Made by a program: the position numbers and the translations under genes. The notes under the pieces are model-generated. The model did not search any database. It saw only the letters and a program-made list of their open reading frames with translations, and was not told the DNA's origin. A stretch of DNA of 64,000 bases from Eledone cirrhosa (lineage: Eukaryota): positions 102,176,001 to 102,240,000 of the forward strand of contig OZ024741.1 in NCBI GenBank assembly GCA_964016885.1. The letters run 5' to 3'. How positions within the stretch are numbered: the stretch's first letter is position 1; each line of letters starts with the position of its first letter. Of this stretch, positions 11,440-25,927 are shown in pieces.

Positions 11440-14400
11440 TCGTCCCACAGAGGCGGAAATTTTATTTGAAAAATTTTCAAAAATTTAATATTTTTGCTAT
11501 TGATAATGCTACCGAACGCTGACGAAGAAAATAGAGAGAGAAAGACAGAGAGTAACGTTACCGAAACTTCTGCCTACATAGGCGTCACTATGGAGACAAA
11601 TAGTGACAAAGTTTTGTTTTGCCAAGAAGCCGAAAAATGCAACTTACAAGATGGACCACACAGCTTACAACAGACATCAAAAACCACAAAAAAATAAAAC
11701 AATAGACACTACTACAAACGGAAAAACCGACAACCACAAAAAAAAAAAAAAAACTTTTACAGAAACAGTCACAAATAATAATAACGTTACCTCTAACTCC
11801 GCATGTATTGGCGTCACCATGGAAACCAATATGGACAACAAAAATAAAAACAAGATCGAACCACACAATGTACAACAGACACCAAAAACATCAGAAAACA
11901 ACAACAGAAAATAAAACCATTGACATAACTACAAACGGAAAACCGACAACCACATCAACAACAATAAAAACAACACCAAAACAACTTTTGCGCAAACAGT
12001 CATCAAGACACAAAAGTTCAAGGATCTCGATATCTCCAATGCGAAACAGATGCTCTCTGAAGCAAAGGAGTTTACCACTTTCGGTAAAAACGGGGGATTT
12101 CAGATAAACTCACCCCCAGAAATTCGTCTGGAAACATTTTGAAGGACAATTACCTTCAGAACTGTTTCAAATGAAACGAAACGACCAGCATTCCTCAGTC
12201 AAGAGGAAATTGAGGCAACCTTGAAGGAGATATTGCCAGACATTGACTTTATGCAGAGGGCCAAACAGTACGGGAGTATTTCGGTACTCCTCAAAAGCGA
12301 GGCCCTTGCACAAAGATACTCAGTGACGCCAATACTGTAAAAAAAATACACCTTTTTCCCTACATACCTGGGGAAAAGGACACAAAAGATCAGAATTACA
12401 AACATACCACCAAATATTAATATTTGGTGGATATTGGCAGGAATTTTGGAAGAGAGAAAAGACACCATTCTCTCCATCAAAAAGTCAACTAGACACACGT
12501 GGTCTGGTACAAATTTGGAGATTCTGGTGCAAATGAGCCCGGAAAGAATCTCCAGAATACCAGAAAAAGTGCTAGTGGACAACAACAGCCACATAAGCAT
12601 TTCGGTTGAGGGATGAAAACCACACTGCTTTCGTTGCAATAGCACCACCCACCTAAATGCCTCTGCCCTTTACAAACACGCTCAACCAAAACAATACAAA
12701 AGAAAACACTGTTACCAACACCAAAACAACTACCACCACAACAATAACAACACACGAAACAATCAAACACACCAAAACAAACAGCCACTCAACCAACAAC
12801 AACAGAAATAACACAGGTAACACCCCTGAAGAACACAGCCCCACCCCATCCCACTCCATCAAACACTAACACAAACACACACACCGAAACACCACCACCA
12901 CACAACATACCCCTAACCCACACTCCTGACGATGATTATTCATTAACAGATGAGGCTGCTTCTCCTTCTTTAAGCGAAGAAGGAGAGCCTCGGAAATCCA
13001 AAAAACAAAAAAGAAGACACTACAAAACCCCCAAAACTCCAATCACCAACACCAACACACAACCACAGACACAAACAACAACACAAACAACACCACACTC
13101 AAAAACCCCCCTACCAGCAAAACCAACACCAACACCACCCCAAACACAAGCACCCACCATAAAAAGAAAACTCCAGAACCAACAACAAACAATAACAACA
13201 CAACAAAAAGACAAACAACAATACGCATACATCAACACAAACGACAAGAGCTTGATGGAGGTCATCTCCCAAAACCCCAAGGTGGAGACGGAGGGCAAAC
13301 TTTCGTTAAAGCAGAATCGTCTCCACACCTTAAACTTATAAGGGTTTCTATGGAGACCTATAGTGACTTTAAGAACAAATTTTCGCAGGACGTGGGCAAC
13401 CCCTGCCAGAAACCCATCAACCCCGTCCTGTTAAAATGTTTCCACACCCCACCCAACCCATCCAGCACCCAAATGGAGATTGAACAACCCGATCTCCAGG
13501 AAACGAAAAGGTAATTGCACCTTTTCGTCCCTTTTCGCCAACTCTTCTCCACCAACATGGCTAGTTTACGAGTTGGAAGCGTGAATGTGCGTGGCCTAGG
13601 GATGCCCTGGAAACAGGGCCAACTTTTAAACGACCTTAGGTCACACGGTATGGATGTGATAGCCATCACCGAGTCCAGGATCCACAACAGGCAGCAACTA
13701 ACCCCATCTTCAAAGACTTTGAGATCTACGCATCTTTCTGTCAGCCAGGAGGTGGAGGAGGAGTGGCTGTCATGTTTCGGAAAAACCTGGACGTCGAAGT
13801 ACAGCAAGTACACTTGGACCCGGAGGGTAGACTGGTAGTCCTAGACGTGAACAGTATTGGAGGTGGAGCCTTCAGACTGGTGGCCGTTTATACCCCGACT
13901 GGGAAATCGCAACCGCGGCCAGACTTCTTTAAGTGTCTAGAGTATTTTCTGGGAACGTCTCGCTCCTTACTTTTAGTGGGAGACTGGAATGGTATCCTAG
14001 ATGCACGATGGGATTATGTGGGACCATGTCCCAGTAGAGGGGGGTGCAACAGCCTCAAAAATCTAATCGGCTAATTCCAACTGGCCGATAGATATCGACT
14101 AGATTTCCCGACTGCACCACAGTGGACGTGGGAAAACCGCAGCGGGACATCTAGATCGTATTTAGATAGGTTTTTTCATTAGACAGAAGGACAAGAAGAT
14201 GTTAAGCTGTCCACAAATGTACATGGTTGCCTATTCAGACCACAAACTAGTCATCTGCATAGTCAACCGTGATAGAATACATAGATAAGGACCCGGATAC
14301 TGGAAACTGACGTGTCGCTACCGACACGTAAAGCCAACAGTGAACGGATAAGTAGATTAGTTAAGCAACAATTGATGGGAACCATCGTCAGCAACAGATG

Positions 14401-17172
14401 GTGGTACTCCCTCAAGAAAGCAATTAGAGTAGAGTCGATAGACTTTAGCAGAGAGTTAGCCTTAGAGAGAAACAAAACAGAAACGGAACTAGTGGCGAAG
14501 GTAGAGGAGGCGCTTAGGAGTGGCAACGTAGCTAGGGTGCTAGCAACGAGAACGGCACTGGACCAGTTCTTCGACGCGAAACACGAAGGCTGCGTGGTCA
14601 GAAGTAAATCATGTGCTCTAGGAAACGAGGGAGCGAAAGCTGTTAGCTGGGCCCGAGTGGAAGAGGCGAAAAGTGACAACAAGTCAACGATTCGGTCTTT
14701 GAAAGACCAAAAAGGACGCGTACTACTTGATCCCAAGCGGATGTGCGCGGCCTTTCAGCGGCACTTTGTGCAACAGTTCGAGCAGAGTGGCGGTGCGTCG
14801 AACGGGGCAATGGACTTCGGTTCATATATCGACGGTCTGCCGCGTCTCTCGAGCATGGACGCCGAGTTCTGCGAAAGACCGATCACATCCACTGAAATAC
14901 GGGACGCTCTGGGCAGCTGCGGGAAACGCAAATCACCCGGTCTAGATGGCCTACCCTATGAGTTTTCCATAGGCATGCCGGACTTGTTCTCTGGCGTCCT
15001 CGAGGCCGTCTACTGTAACTGGCAGCAGAACGGAAGAATTCCCAGTTCTGCAGGCAAGGGCGTAGTAACGCTGCTCGAGAACAAGGGGACGAACTAAGCA
15101 ACTTTAGGCCCGTAACTCTTTAACACAGAGTTAAAGATTTTGGCCAAGGTGTTGGCAACGAAGTTGGCGCTTGTCGTCGAGAACCTGGTAGGGAAAGCAC
15201 AAACGTGTGCAATCTCGACCAGGCCCATACACGACAACCTTCACCTCATGCAATACATCATAGAGAGGGTGGGGTGTAAATCCGGCTTTGGTGGGGCTCT
15301 GATCGATTTAGATCAGTCTAAGGCGTTCGATAGGGTCGACCATCGATACTTGGAAGCGGTTCTCAAGGCGGCCGGTTTCGGACCCGTCTTCAGAGGCTGG
15401 ATCACCGCAATGCACACCAGCATCTGCACGATGGTTAAGGTGAACGGCTACCTATCAGAGCCGTTCGCAATCACGCATTCTATCCGACAGAGATGCCCTC
15501 TCTCCTCCATCTATTGCGGAAGCTGGAGCTGCTGCAGGGCATTCCGTTGGAACCGTGACTGCGGAGAGCGGCGTCGGCTTATGCCGACGACGTAACGGTA
15601 ATGGTGTCGGAAGCCTCCGAAATCGGGGCGATCGGCAACTTACTGCAGGAATATGAAAGGCTCACAGGAGCAAAACTGAATCCGGACAAGTCTGTCGGTT
15701 GGCAACTCGGAACGTTGAGAGGCAAATCGATGCCGTCCGACAGCGTCGTCGGACGCTGGACGGACGGACCGGTGAAATTGCTCGGTGTCTGGTTCGGTCC
15801 AGACCTCCAAGTGGAGAAAAACTAGAACGAGGTCACGACCAAGGTATTTGCGCTCACCCAGAAATGGGCAGAGTGCAAACTATCCTTGAAAGGTCGAGTG
15901 GATGTGGCTAACATTTTCATAGCGTCCGTCATCTACTACCGCTTGACCGTCGTGCCTTGTCCCCGTGAACACCTTACCAAGATGGAACGCATGCTCTTCC
16001 AGTTCCTTTGGAAGAAGCAGGCTCCACTGGTGAGGACATCCATCTGCTGTCAGCACCCTTCCAACGGAGAGCTGGGAATGCCGTGGCTGATGATGCGCAA
16101 GCATGCGCTGAGGCTACGGCATCTACAGGTATTCCTCACCGACCCCCAAACGTTTGTGAGACAGGCCTTCCCGCAACTTGTCTCGCTGACGGAGTTGCAG
16201 TCCTGTGTCAAGCGAAGACCGAAGAAGATGGGCGCCTGGCACATTGAATGCGCTCAGGCGCTCACAGTCCTCTGTCAAGCGGGCACGGCAATCAGTGGAG
16301 ACTCCACTTCGACATTCTATAGAGGGTTAGTACGTCACAAGGGCGATGACTTGCCCACAGAGACTCTAGGCGTCGAAGACGATAACTCACCAGTTTGTTT
16401 GGTAGGACTTTCCACCCGGGACCCATGGACAACTTCCAGAGGTCCCTGGCCTGGCAGTGCTACCGAGGAGCTCTACCAGTTCGTGACAAAATCTACAGGC
16501 ATGGACGCCCCGGCAGGGATCCTTCCAAGAGGACGTGTCCAAGATGTGCAGCGGACATTGAAACCGCCCTGCACGCAATTGTACACTGCCCGGGCGTAAC
16601 CGACCTGTGGAACTACGCGGAACAATTGCTGTCGCGTATGGGACAAATCCAATTGACTGCTGAGTCCATAGTAAGGATCAAACCGCCAACTTCTTTCAAA
16701 AACAAAAGAGAGGCGGCTTTCCTCTGTATAGTGACTATGGTGAAAGAGGTTATATGGTGGACTGAGGGCAGATGCCTTTCTCTCCGGACAACAACTCATT
16801 CCCTTCTTTAAATACTACTTTAGAAGGAGAGTCAGAATGGAGAGAGAGGCACTGCACCCCATTAAATTTACTGAAAGGTGGGTGAATGTGACAAAAATGG
16901 CCCGAGTGATTGGACCTTCTCTGTATATAAACCTCTAGGTTGAAGAAGAGAACAAAAGGAACAAAGGAGCACTTGCAGAACACGCTCCTGAAGTTGAGGG
17001 TTGTTCTATCGATGGGGTATTAAACAACCCATTGGTGGCGCCTTCCCCCTATTGGGGATTTCGATTGTTATGATTGTTTTTTCCAAGATTTTTACACGAC
17101 TGTATTTAAAATCCCCGGCATGTGTCATTGTATTGTCCCTTTTTCTTGTGCGCCCTTGTGGAAAATAAAGAA

Positions 17173-17174
<2 letters not shown>
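11440..17174 (+). mobile_element. Tx1/L1-clade LINE copy B, full length, decayed, diverged subfamily
   Basis: ORF1 remnants (~11500-13514; ISISVEG, CFRC..HL knuckle) and frameshifted ORF2 13557-16938 (MASLRVGSVNVRGL, GDWNG, SPGLDGLPYE, DQSKAFDRV). Confidence 0.92.
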
Positions 17175-17270
<96 letters not shown>

Positions 17271-17859
17271 GACCTGTGGGGCTATGTGGAACGACTATTG
17301 TCGCGGGTGGGACCAATCCAGTTGACCACCGAGTCCATTGTCATGATCAAACCGCCACCCTCCTTCAAAAACGAAGGAGAGGCGGTTTTCCTTTGTGTGA
17401 TAGCTATGGCGAAAGAGGTTGTATGGTGGACAAGGTTGAAAGGGCTGAGGTCAGACACCTTTCTCTCCGGCCAACAACTGATTCTTTTTTTCAAATACCA
17501 CTTTGGAAGAAGAATCAGGATGGAGAGAGAGGTGCTGTACCCCAGCAAGTTTTATGAAAGGTGGGTGAAAGTGGCGAGAATGGCCCGAGTGAATGGGCCT
17601 TCTCTCTATATCAGCCTGTAGGTTGAGGAAAAGGAGGAGGAGAGGAAAGGAGTACAAGCTCTTCGTACTCCTGGAGATGAGGGTTGCACATTTTTTTCGG
17701 GGGTCTGTGTTACCCATATAAACTGTCTCCCTCTATTGGGGAAAATCGACTAACTTTTAAATTCCATCTGTGATAACATTTTACACGTTTTTATTGTATG
17801 TAAACTTCCCCCTTTGTATTTGTCCCCTTCTTTTGTGCCCCTGTGGCTAATAAAGAAAT
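17271..17859 (+). mobile_element. Tx1/L1-clade LINE copy C, 5'-truncated
   Basis: ORF2 C-terminus very similar to copy A; (TCTA)n on both sides. Confidence 0.92.
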
Positions 17860-17860
17860 A

Positions 17861-17923
<63 letters not shown>

Positions 17924-18155
17924 AATCTAGCTGTCGTCTGTTCTACAGTGTGGATGTAATTCACTTCGCGCAGAAGTTTTGTTCAAATTTATTGCGGAAA
18001 TTTTGTGAGTTCAAATTTAATTTTGATACAATTGTGTAGCTTGACCCCCCGTCTGAACTGTCAGGCGGTGGGTCAGCTAATCTTTACCCCTCCTAGAGGT
18101 GAAAAACCTGTTTTAAAAAATTTTGTGGCAAAAAAATTTCAATCGTCTAACAGAA

Positions 18156-20055
18156 ATGTTAAACGCAGCGGACGAAAATAGTGGTGGGAGGACAGCGGTA
18201 AGAGTTGTAAGCTCGCACGCTTTAGTCCCCCCTTCCTTCCCAACTAACGTCATAGAGAAGGAAGGAAAAATTAAAATAAAAACAGACGAATCTGCGGAGA
18301 AAAAAAATGACGAAAACACAAATCTGGACATAGATTCCAACAACGAAAAAAAAAAATTTGAAAAATTGCATGACAATACTAATAACACAAACAAAGACAC
18401 AACAAACACAAAAATAACATTTGAAAATAACACCATAACAGAAAGCAAAGCAGACGACAAGATTTCATTTGCACAGACAACAAAGAAATCTTTGACTTAT
18501 ATACCGGAAAATATTTCAGATGTAGCACGAAGAATCACAGACGCCAAACAATACATAAGTGAAGGAGAGAATGGTATTTTATCGGTAAAAATGCCTCAAG
18601 AATTCACCAAAGACATTGAAAGCCGAACGGTCAAGTTTCGCACCATCAACAACAGTACAAAAAAACCTGAACAGCCTTCTCAAGCAGATATCAAAACAGT
18701 ACTCACAGAAGTACTTAATGAAACCACTTTCATAAGAAAAGACAGACTGTATGGAAGCCTAGCAATTATCATGAAGAACGAATCGGCGGCAAAAAAATGT
18801 GCTTTGTCACCGATTCGTTCGAAAAATTTTACCTTTTATCCATCTTATATGGGTAAAAGAACTCAACGCATATGGCTGGATGCAATGATGCCAGGTGTGG
18901 ACTACTGCTGGCTCATAGCTGGCTTCATCGATCCAGTGAATGACAACGTGATTTCCATTGGGAAAACCACAGGCAATGCGTTCAGTGGAACAGGTATAGA
19001 GCTGGTAGTGCAAATGAAGCCTGAACGCATCGCCCAAATACCCGACAGAATCCTATTAGAGGGCCACGGGTATATAAACATTAGCGTGGAGGGGAGAAGG
19101 CCGTCCTGCCATATCTGTGCAGGCAGAGGGCACCTGAAGGCCGCTTGTCCCCAACTCAACAAAAAGAAAACCCTGCTACCAACACCAGCTCCACCACCAC
19201 CACCACAACAGATAAACAAACAACAAAACTCAGTCCCACCCAACCCGTCCCTCAGTAAAACCACACCACCACCACCACAACACAAACAGTCACAACACAT
19301 TACCCCAAAACAAAATACAGGCCCACCCAACCTCTCACTCAATAAAACAACACAACCACCGCAGACACAACACAACACAGTCTAACATAGTGACATCCAT
19401 CTCCCCCACAAAGAAAACCAACACGGAAACATTACCAGCAAACATACCTCTTCCCTCCAACACTGAAGATAACCCAACGAATTCGGAGGAAGAAACGGAG
19501 TCCTTCAGACAGATTAAAAGGAAAAAAAGAAAACATGTGCAAAACACACAAGGCCAAACAACCCCCACCCAAATCTCAACACAATCCAATAAAACAGAAA
19601 ACACCCCTCCAGCAACAAACAAAACCAAACCTGCCCCTGCCCTCTTCGAAACACTCACACCATCCGAAAAAAAGACATTACACTATACTTACATCAACAG
19701 AAACAATAATAAATTAAATGAACTCATATACAATAATCCTTCGGTACAAACCGAAGGTGTAAACTTTGTTTCTTCAGAAAACTACCCACATTTAAAATTA
19801 ATAAAGATCCCAATGAACCTCTACCAAAAACTAAAAAAGGATTTTAAGGAGGACGTAGGACCACCCTCTGTCAAACCCATAAACCGCGTCCTACTAAAAA
19901 GCTTTCCTCCTCCCATTCCCCTCCTCAACACAACTCCAAACACCCCAACCCCACCACACACTGACGACCCCACACCACCACAAGACACCCCTTCACCCAA
20001 CACCCCCGACCACATGGAAGTCGTGCAACCCGAACCCCGGGAAGCGGAAAGGTAG
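18156..20055 (+). pseudogene. ORF1 of copy D (frameshifted)
   Basis: ORFs 18123-19385 and 19390-20055 together match ORF1 of copy E. Confidence 0.9.
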
Positions 20056-20088
20056 GTCTCTACACTCTCCTTTGGCTCTGCCGCCCAC

Positions 20089-23000
20089 ATGGATGTGTTA
20101 AGAGTAGGATGTTTGAATGCACGTGGCCTGGGCTCAACTTGGAAGCAAGCAAAGCTTCTAAATGACCTCAGGTCATGTAGTATAAATGGAATGGTTATCT
20201 GTGAGACTCGAATCAGCGTCGTGCGGCAGCTGGCCCCCACCTTCGATGACTTTTAGGTGCATGCATCTCTCTGTCAACCTGGAGGTGGGGGTGGGGTTGT
20301 CGTACTGCTGCAAAAACACCTGGGTCTTGCCGTACAGGTTGTGCACTCGGACCCGGAGGGTCGTTTGTTGGTGCTAGACGTTGGCAGTAGTGAAAGTGCG
20401 GCCTTGAGACTGGTCGCCGTCTACTCCCCTTTCGGAGCTGAACGGCCCGACTTCTTCCAGCGTTTGGAGACTTTTCTGGGAACGTCGCGTTCCCTGCTTC
20501 TAGCGGGGGATTGGAATGACATCCTAGATGCACGTTGGGACTATGCAGGAGCATGTCCTAATAGAAGGGGGTGTAACAGCCTCAAGGGGTTACTCGACCG
20601 TTTTAACTTGGTCGATAGATATCGACTAGATTTTCCAACTGTGCCTACCTTGACTTGGAGAAACCACAGTGGTCAATCTAGATCGTACTTAGATAGATTC
20701 TTAGTTAGAAGTAAGGATAGGGACATATTAAGCTTTCCAGAAATGCGCACGGTTGGCTACACGGATCACAAATTAGTGACCTGCGTAGTCAATCTCGAGA
20801 AAACACATAAACAGGGTCCCGGTTACTGGAAACTTAATTTGTCTTTACCGGCAAAAGAGACTTACAGAAACCGGATTAGCAGATTAGTTAAGGAGAGGTT
20901 GACGAGTGCAATCGTCAACAACCGATGGTGGGCATCTCTCAAAAGAGAGATTAGAACAGAATCAATAAGTTATAGCAAGATGTTAGCTGCCGATAGGAAT
21001 AGAAACGAGAAAGAATTAACGGGTAAATTTGAAGAGGCAATCAAGAGCGAAGATGTGGCCAGAGTGCTGGCATCGAGGACGGCCTTGAACCAGTTTTTCG
21101 ATGCAAAGCACGAAGGCTGCGTCATTCGAAGTAAAATACGTGCTCTGGGTAATGAGGGGGCCAAAGCCGTTGGCTGGGCCCGCGTGACAGAAGCTAAGAG
21201 TGGAAATCGATCCACCATCCGGTCGTTGCAAGACGAAGATGGACGGGTGATCCGGGAGCCTAAGCAGATGTGCGAGGCCTTTCAAAGGCACTTTGCCCGA
21301 TTGTTCGGGCGAGGCGAGGGTCCGGGCGGGGGCGTGGATTTCGGTCCATACCTCGACGTCCTGCCGCGTCTCTCGAGCGAAGAGGCAGAGTCCTGCGAGG
21401 GACCAATCTCGGCTGATGAGATCGGAGATGCGCTGAGCCAATGCAGCAGACGCAAATCTCCAGGTCTCGATGGTATACCTTACGAACTTTATTTAGCAAT
21501 GCCGGTCTTCTTCTCCGAACTCCTCGAAGCGGTCTACTGCAATTGGCAGCAGAACGGGAGAATTCCTTGTTCTGTAGCCAAGGGCGTAGTCACGCTGGTG
21601 AGGAAGGACGAGAACAAGGGAGATAGTATAAATAATTTTCGGCCCATAACCCTGCTAAACACAGAGTTAAAGATTTTGGCCAAGGTGTTAGCAAAGAGGT
21701 TGGCGCTTGTCGTGGGTGGCCTGGTGGGAGATGCGCAGACATGTGCTATCCCATCCAGGTCCATTCACGATAACCTCCACCTCATGCGATACATCATAGA
21801 GAGGGTTGGCAACAAACCCGGCTTCAGTGGGGCCCTGATCAACTTGGATCAGTCTAAGGCCTTCGATAGGGTCGACCATGGTTACCTGGATGCGGTGCTA
21901 GCGGCGGCTGGGTTCGGTCCTGTTTTCAGAGGCTGGATCACTGCCTTACATAGCAACCACATCTGTTCTAGGATCAAGGTGAACGGCTACCTTTCGAAGC
22001 CGTTCGAAATCACACGATCCATTCGACAGGGGTGCCCCCTCTCCTCCCTTCTGTACGTATTGACTCTCGAGCCTTTACTGAGGAAGTTGGAGTTGTTGCA
22101 GGGTATCCCCCTGGAACCAGGATTGAGCAAAGCTGTGTCGGCCTACGCCGATGACGTAACAGTAATGGTATCGACCGACTCGGAGATCGAGGCGATCGGT
22201 ACTTTACTGGAGGAGTACGAAAGGTTGTCAGGAGCGAAACTGAACCGGGAAAAATCCATCGGGCTGCAACTCGGAACGTGGAGAGGCAGACCGATGCCTC
22301 CTGACGGTGTCGTCGTACACTGGACGGAGGGCCCGGTAAAGTTGCTTGGGGTCTGGTTTGGACCGGACCTCCAGGTGGAAAAGAACTGGAACGAGGTTAC
22401 GAACAAGGTGTTTGCACTAACCCAGAAATGGGCCAAGTGTAAGCTGTCCCTAAAAGGCCGGGCGGAGGTGGCGAACATTTACATAGCGTCCGTCACTTAC
22501 TACCGCCTGACTGTCGTGCCTTGGCCTAAGGAAACACTCACCACCATGGAACGCATGCTCTTCCAATTTCTTTGGAAGAAGCGCCCTCCTATGGTGAGAA
22601 GATCCATCTGCTGCCAACAACCTTCGAAAGGAGGGCTGGGGATGCCGTGGTTGATGATGCGTAGGCACGCATTAAGGCTACGGCACCTACAGGTATTCCT
22701 CACTGGTCAACCGGTGTGGGCTCCGTTCGTGAAACGAGCCTTTCCGAGACTCGTCTCGCTCACCGAGCTACAGTCCTGGGTCAAGCAAAGATCCGGAAAA
22801 CTGGGAGACTGGCACACTGAGTGTGCTCAGGCGCTCAGGGCTCTCTGGCAAGCGGGCCAGGCCATCGGTGGAGAATCCACCTCATCATTCTATAGAGGGC
22901 TGGTGGCTAGCAGGGGCGATGACACCCTTGGAGAGTCGCTGGACATGGAAGAAGACGAACTGGCCAGCCTGTTCGGTAGGACTTTCGGCCCAGGACCAAT

Positions 23001-23526
23001 GGACAACTTCCAGAAGTCACTGGCCTGGCAGTGCTACCGGGGGGCTCTACCCGTTCGAGAGAGGCTCTACAGACACGGGCGCTCGGGCAGGGATCCCTCA
23101 AAAAAGATTTGCCCTAGATGCGTGCGTCACGAAGAAACCGTTGCGCACGCATTGGTGCAATGTCCGGGCGTGGCTGATCTGTGGGGCTACGCCGAACGAC
23201 TGCTCTCGCGGGTGGCGTCGATTAAATTGACCGCCGACTCCGTGATGACAATCAAACCGCCTCCCCTCTTCACAAAGGAAGCAAAGGCGGTTTTTCTGTG
23301 CGTAATAGCCATGTTGAAAGAGGTTGTTTGGTGGACACGATTGAAAGGTCTGAGGTCAGGCAACTTCCTCTCTGGCCATAGTCTGGTCTACTTCTTCCGA
23401 TATCACTTCGGAAGAAGGATAAGAATGGAGAGAGAGGTGCTTGGCCACAGGCAGTTTTATGAAAGGTGGGTGATAGTGGCGAGAATGGCTCGTGTAAATG
23501 GGCCTTCTCTGTATACCATCCTGTAG
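20089..23526 (+). pseudogene. ORF2 of copy D (APE endonuclease-RT) with one premature stop
   Basis: ATG 20089, in-frame TAG 20254, remaining 1089 codons open. Confidence 0.9.
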
Positions 23527-23743
23527 GTAAAGAAGTAAAGGAGAGGGGAGCACCTTCTCCATGTGCTCCCCGGGCAAAGGATTGCACACTTTTTCGGGGG
23601 TGTGTGCAACCCCCATCACGTCCCCTCCCTTTTGAGGTTATTTTCGATTATTTTCATGTTACACCCTTTTTACTCGATTATATGTAAACTCCCCCTTTGT
23701 ATTTGTCCCTTCTTTTTATGCCTTTATGGTAAATAAAGAAATA

Positions 23744-23800
<57 letters not shown>

Positions 23801-24016
23801 ATCAACAGTGTGGATGTCATTCACTTCGCACAGAAGTTTTGTTCAAATTTATTGAGGAAATTTTGTGAGTTCAAACTTAATTTTGATACAATTGTGTAGC
23901 TTGACCCTCCGTCTGAACTGTCAGGCGGTGGGTCAGCTCATCTTTACCCCTCCTAGAGGTGAAAAACCTGTTTTAAAAAAAAATTTTGTGTAAAAAATTT
24001 CAATCGTCTAACAGAA

Positions 24017-25894
24017 ATGTTAAACGCAGCGAACGAAAATAGTGGTGGGGGGACAGCGGTAAGAGTTGTAAGCTCGCACGCTTTAGTCCTCCCTTCCTTC
24101 CCAACTAACGTCATAGAGAAGGAAGGAAAAATGAAAATAAAAACGGACGAATCTGCGGAGAAAAAATTAAATGTCGAAAACAACGAAGAAAAAAATTTTG
24201 AAAAATTGCATGACAATACTAATAACACAAACAAAGACACAACAAACAAAAAAATAACAGTTGAAAATAACATAACATCAGAAAACAAAGCAGACGACAA
24301 GATTTCATTTGCACAGAAAACAAAGAAATCTTTGACTTATATAGCGGAAAACATTTCAGATGTGGTACGAAGGATCACGGACGCAAAACAATACATAAGT
24401 GAAGGTGAGAATGGTATTTTATTGGTAAAAATGCCTCAAGAATTCACGAAAGACATTGAAAGCCGAACGGTCAAGTTTCGGACCATCAACAACAGTACAA
24501 AAAAACCTGAACAGCCTTCTCAAGCAGATATCAAAACAGTACTCGCAGAAGTACTGAATGAAACAACTTTCATAAGAAAAGACAGACTGTATGGAAGCCT
24601 AGCAATTATCATGAAGAACGAATCGGCGGCAAAAAAATGTGCTTTGTCACCGATTCGTTCGAAAAATTTCACCTTTTATCCATCTTATATGGGAAAAAAA
24701 ACTCAACGCATATGGCTGGATGCAATGATGCCAGATGTGGACTACTGCTGGCTCATAGCTGGCTTCATCGATCCAGTGAATGACAACGTGATTTCCATTG
24801 GGAAAACCACAGGCAATGCGTTCAGTGGAACAGGTATAGAGCTGGTAGTACAAATGAAGCCTGAACGCATCGCCCAAATACCCGACAGAATCCTATTAGA
24901 GGACCACGGGTATATAAACATTAGCGTGGAGGGGAGAAGGCCATCCTGCCATATCTGTGCAGGCAGAGGGCACCTGAAGGCCGCTTGTCCACAACTCAAC
25001 AAAAAGAAAACTCTGCTACCAACACCAGCTCCACCACCACCACCACAACAGATAAACAAACAACAAAACTCAGTCCCACCCAACCCGTCCCTCAGTAACA
25101 CCACAACACCACCACAACACAAACAGTCACAACACATTACCCCAAAACAAAATACAGGCCCACCCAACCTCTCACTCAATAAAACAACACAACCACCGCA
25201 GACACAACACACAACACAGTCTAACATAGTGACATCCATCTCCCCCACAAAGAAAACCAACGCGGAAACATTACCAGCAAACATACCTCTTCCCTCCAAC
25301 ACTGAAGATAACCCAACGAATTCGGAGGAAGAAACGGAGTCCTTCAGACAGATTAAAAGGAAAAAAAGAAAACATGTGCAAAACACACAAGGACAAACAA
25401 CCCCCACCCAAATCGCAACACAATCTAACAAAACAGAAAACACCCCTCCAGCAACAAACAAAACCAAACCTGCCCCTCCCCTCTTCGAAACACTCACACC
25501 ATCGGAAAAAAAGACATTACACTATACTTACATCAACAGAAACAATAATAAATTAAATGAACTCATATACAATAATCCTTCGGTACAAACCGAAGGTGTA
25601 AACTTTGTTTCGTCAGAAAACCACCCACATTTAAAACTAATAAAAATCCCAATGAACCTCTACCAAAAACTAAAAAAGGATTTTAAGGAGGACGTAGGAC
25701 CACCCTCTGTCAAACCCATAAACCGCGTCCTACTAAAAAGCTTTCCCCCTCCCCTTCCCCTCCCCAACACAACTCCAAACACCCCAACCCCACCACACAC
25801 TGACGACCCCACACCACCACAAGACACCCCTTCACCCAACACCCCCGACCCCATGGAAGTCGTGCAACCCGAACCCCGGGAAGCGGAAAGGTAA
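24017..25894 (+). CDS. LINE ORF1 protein with a CCHC zinc knuckle and a Pro/Thr-rich region (625 aa)
   Basis: CHICAGRGHLKAAC knuckle; position upstream of ORF2; homologues in copies B and D. Confidence 0.9.
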   Translation: MLNAANENSGGGTAVRVVSSHALVLPSFPTNVIEKEGKMKIKTDESAEKKLNVENNEEKNFEKLHDNTNNTNKDTTNKKITVENNITSENKADDKISFAQKTKKSLTYIAENISDVVRRITDAKQYISEGENGILLVKMPQEFTKDIESRTVKFRTINNSTKKPEQPSQADIKTVLAEVLNETTFIRKDRLYGSLAIIMKNESAAKKCALSPIRSKNFTFYPSYMGKKTQRIWLDAMMPDVDYCWLIAGFIDPVNDNVISIGKTTGNAFSGTGIELVVQMKPERIAQIPDRILLEDHGYINISVEGRRPSCHICAGRGHLKAACPQLNKKKTLLPTPAPPPPPQQINKQQNSVPPNPSLSNTTTPPQHKQSQHITPKQNTGPPNLSLNKTTQPPQTQHTTQSNIVTSISPTKKTNAETLPANIPLPSNTEDNPTNSEEETESFRQIKRKKRKHVQNTQGQTTPTQIATQSNKTENTPPATNKTKPAPPLFETLTPSEKKTLHYTYINRNNNKLNELIYNNPSVQTEGVNFVSSENHPHLKLIKIPMNLYQKLKKDFKEDVGPPSVKPINRVLLKSFPPPLPLPNTTPNTPTPPHTDDPTPPQDTPSPNTPDPMEVVQPEPREAER

Positions 25895-25927
25895 GTCTCT
25901 ACACTCTCCTTTGGCTCTGCCGCCCAC

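Larger units (their letters stand above)
17923..23742 (+). mobile_element. Tx1/L1-clade LINE copy D, full length, two visible lesions
   Basis: Near-identical to copy E; 2-bp deletion in ORF1 near 19370; TAG at 20254-20256 in ORF2 (GAG in copy E). Confidence 0.95.
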
